DNA of 18,468 nucleotides from Oligoflexales bacterium (GTDB lineage Bacteria; Bdellovibrionota_B; Oligoflexia; Oligoflexales; Bog-1112): NCBI GenBank assembly GCA_045106415.1, contig JBGCEP010000056.1, positions 1 to 18,468 of the forward strand, read 5' to 3'. Shown piece by piece: positions 17,001 to 18,468 of this stretch (position 1 is its first letter; each line of letters starts with the position of its first letter). The notes under the pieces were generated by a model. It saw only the letters and a program-made list of their open reading frames with translations, ran no database searches and was not told where the DNA came from. The position numbers and the translations under genes were made by a program.

Positions 17001-17614
17001 CTTTCATCGTACAACAAAAAGACGAAGTCACATCTGCTATGGACCTTTTAGAATTAGCTATTGAAGAAATTGAAGAAACATCCACTCGTAGATTTTTAGA
17101 AACCTTTGAAAACCTTAATCGTGAATTCCAGCAACTTTTTCCCATTTTATTCCCCAATGGAGAAGGCCGCCTACAAATGGAACAACCTGATAATCCTCTA
17201 CAGTCAGGATGTGAGATTTTTGTTCGTCTCCCTGGAAAAAAAGCACAAAATATGCGCCTTTTCTCAGGTGGTGAACGTGCGCTCACGGCAATTGCATTAA
17301 TTTTTGCTTTATTAAAATCAAAACCCACTCCCTTTTGCTTTCTCGACGAAGTTGATGCGCCCCTAGATGAAACCAATGTAGGACGTTATAATAGAGTTCT
17401 GGAAGCACTATCAGATCGTTTTCAATTCATTGTAATTACGCACCGCCGTAAAACAATGGAGGTGCTCGATACTCTATTTGGAGTGACGATGCAAGAAGGC
17501 GGAGTATCCAAAGTCGTTGGAGTCGACATGGGAACTGCTCTACCTTCTCATTTACAAAAGTCATTTCAAGACAGAAAAGGGGCGACTGCAGCCCCCCCTG
17601 CACCATCTCTATAA
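14033..17614 (+). CDS. smc: chromosome segregation protein SMC
   Basis: GFKSF, Walker A VGPNGSGKSN, IQQGQVD, long coiled coils, LGAVNMIAIEE, signature FSGGE, Walker B/D-loop FCFLDEVDAPLD, and FIVITH; 1193 aa. Confidence 0.97.
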   Translation: MHLKKIVISGFKSFADRVTLSFDPTHITGVVGPNGSGKSNVIDAVRWVMGEQNARTLRGESATDIIFAGSQRRKGLGMAEVTLTFDNSQSSPFCPPQYRHEPEVSLTRRIYIDGQREALINKQPCRLKDITEFFTAAGLGGRSYAMIQQGQVDRILQARPEQIREIIEEAAGTSVFKKRREETSKRLLDTQQNLERLDDLLSELERQKKTLASQVDSARQWQEWTDEIRETEHKVFHHQHWFFTNKINDIEKQKIHSADQDIAIRTELSSTEAILAQKQQELSEADPEYHKISEQFAQVREKIASAEAAYLGMNELMSSSDSRTEALKTDLQTEHEQATAAQEQLEEAQTSLDTANVSIIDLMEQLEEFESRMEMVTEETQVYLTRMEEAKEETTSLHRLLDNNQVRRESFEKQLSQAAREKSEREDRLLTLEEEHSQASILHDAAKVRVASCQHQAQKLAEKKHQIESSLSALQQRQTQQQQQKDHFKHQYMEVEARRTSLEEMMSQKGSIQDLLNDLQHVESVAFCPELLNFTEHHQELAPAVKSAFEAWAHRLILFHSQDLDQISAAAQETDAIAASLCSEYEGTVAMPPEGASAMTRYVSCDNRVQFLLERIHIVDQHPQQHPEGLILIDSSGCIRGNHLEFWVGGCKTQNSLLTQKSTLETLIQQSKHWKERLEHTEDILLKISKDQDYQQKNLKDHDTNMQVYHQDLLEASAELHKNAQHMSHKTELMETARKEFDEFDEKCEQLAEQLESLRANAETLEQELAENKEQLQEAQEAYEEAEERCQEMKRQNDQQHLDLATAKAKRESLSSQMNSYQTRAQEALSRSKKRQQELDTLLLEVQEASERRQSIQTEIEEFLKTRDFLEERLGELRSANSELVTLIRSLEQKSRDLRDQISVHQDTHNKLLTEIETTRQALENNRSRALESGEIDPALNETPPNDDDFDFDAQNAMARIRTLKQKVDSLGAVNMIAIEEHKDIVDRESFIVQQKDEVTSAMDLLELAIEEIEETSTRRFLETFENLNREFQQLFPILFPNGEGRLQMEQPDNPLQSGCEIFVRLPGKKAQNMRLFSGGERALTAIALIFALLKSKPTPFCFLDEVDAPLDETNVGRYNRVLEALSDRFQFIVITHRRKTMEVLDTLFGVTMQEGGVSKVVGVDMGTALPSHLQKSFQDRKGATAAPPAPSL

Positions 17615-17624
17615 GGGAATGCTT

Positions 17625-18362
17625 ATGCCACGCCTTGAATACTTACTTCTGTTTTTATTCTGCTTCATATCATGCGATAAGGATGATTCACCCACAAAAT
17701 CGATTGATGAGAATGGTGGATCTTGGATTCATGGTGACTGGCATGGTTTATTACACATAACACCAATAAACAACAATCAACCTGAAATTCGCACAGTAGA
17801 CATTCGCTTTCAAGATGATACCGGGGGTTTTACATTTTCAAGCAAAGATGGCGGAGAAGCAGAAGGGCTCTGGTATGAAGATCAAGAAAACAATAGTTTG
17901 TTGTTCGATATTCAAAAAAGCAGCACAAGCCTTCTAGGGCGATCGGGGGTGCAGAAAAGTTTTCAATATATTCTAAGTGGGCAAACATTAAAGCTTCAGT
18001 CAGAACAAATTTCCATTGACCTCAGACGTCCAATCATTGAAGCTCCTGATATTGAAAAGCCTAAATTTAAAGACCAACAACATTTCCATTGCTTCGATTA
18101 TGATGCAAGCCTTGTATGGGTTTTTGAGCTCAATCAAAAAAAACCACGAATCGATGTTTTTAGAATGACAAGCTCACAACTTGGTTATCAAGAAAATTTT
18201 ATGATTGAAGACCAATCAGACACTCTTGTCACTATAAACCTTAATGAACATAAACCACCTCTTACAATTCACCTTACTCCGGTGAGTGCCGAGCTCTACC
18301 AACAGGGCCAGAATATTCCACTTCGCAACTTCGGGTGTGTTGCAATGAATGACACACACTAA
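17625..18362 (+). CDS. lipoprotein, possibly lipocalin-like beta-barrel
   Basis: AAGGGA upstream of ATG 17625, lipobox MPRLEYLLLFLFCFISC, an early GxW motif (WIHGDWHG) and a beta-rich body. Confidence 0.65.
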   Translation: MPRLEYLLLFLFCFISCDKDDSPTKSIDENGGSWIHGDWHGLLHITPINNNQPEIRTVDIRFQDDTGGFTFSSKDGGEAEGLWYEDQENNSLLFDIQKSSTSLLGRSGVQKSFQYILSGQTLKLQSEQISIDLRRPIIEAPDIEKPKFKDQQHFHCFDYDASLVWVFELNQKKPRIDVFRMTSSQLGYQENFMIEDQSDTLVTINLNEHKPPLTIHLTPVSAELYQQGQNIPLRNFGCVAMNDTH

Positions 18363-18468
18363 AGAAAACAACGACCTACAACCATAAGCTGAGACTTTTT
18401 TATCTTCGCTTTGTATTCGAGTTGTCTTTTAAGACTCATCACATAAAATAAATATCATTTATCAAAAT

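Noticed and set aside
16894..17376. 160-aa antisense ORF within smc, and other nested ORFs such as 15036-15548 and 11754-12149
   Set aside because: Shadow frames of well-supported genes with no recognisable motifs.

Overview
Bacterial chromosomal window, AT-rich, with a visibly C>G + strand. The gene style is suggestive of Bdellovibrionota/Oligoflexia or a related deltaproteobacteria-like lineage; this is inference only. It is mostly housekeeping: the 3' end of a gene with an in-frame 18-bp tandem repeat and an Hpt domain, an RluA/RluD-family pseudouridine synthase, a stand-alone CcmI/CycH C-terminal-like protein, queG, aroE, a PilZ-like membrane protein, ribF, a TolB-like lipoprotein, holA, a secreted protein, ssb, and smc flanked by two lipoproteins. 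The stand-out is a two-gene block between queG and aroE (3402-5494). Two convergent genes sharing a bidirectional terminator each encode a signal-peptide protein carrying a eukaryotic ubiquitin-ligase module: an N-terminal F-box-like motif in one and a complete C-terminal RING-H2 finger in the other. This suggests exported effectors aimed at a eukaryotic host's ubiquitin system. All calls come from motif recognition by eye; no searches were run.
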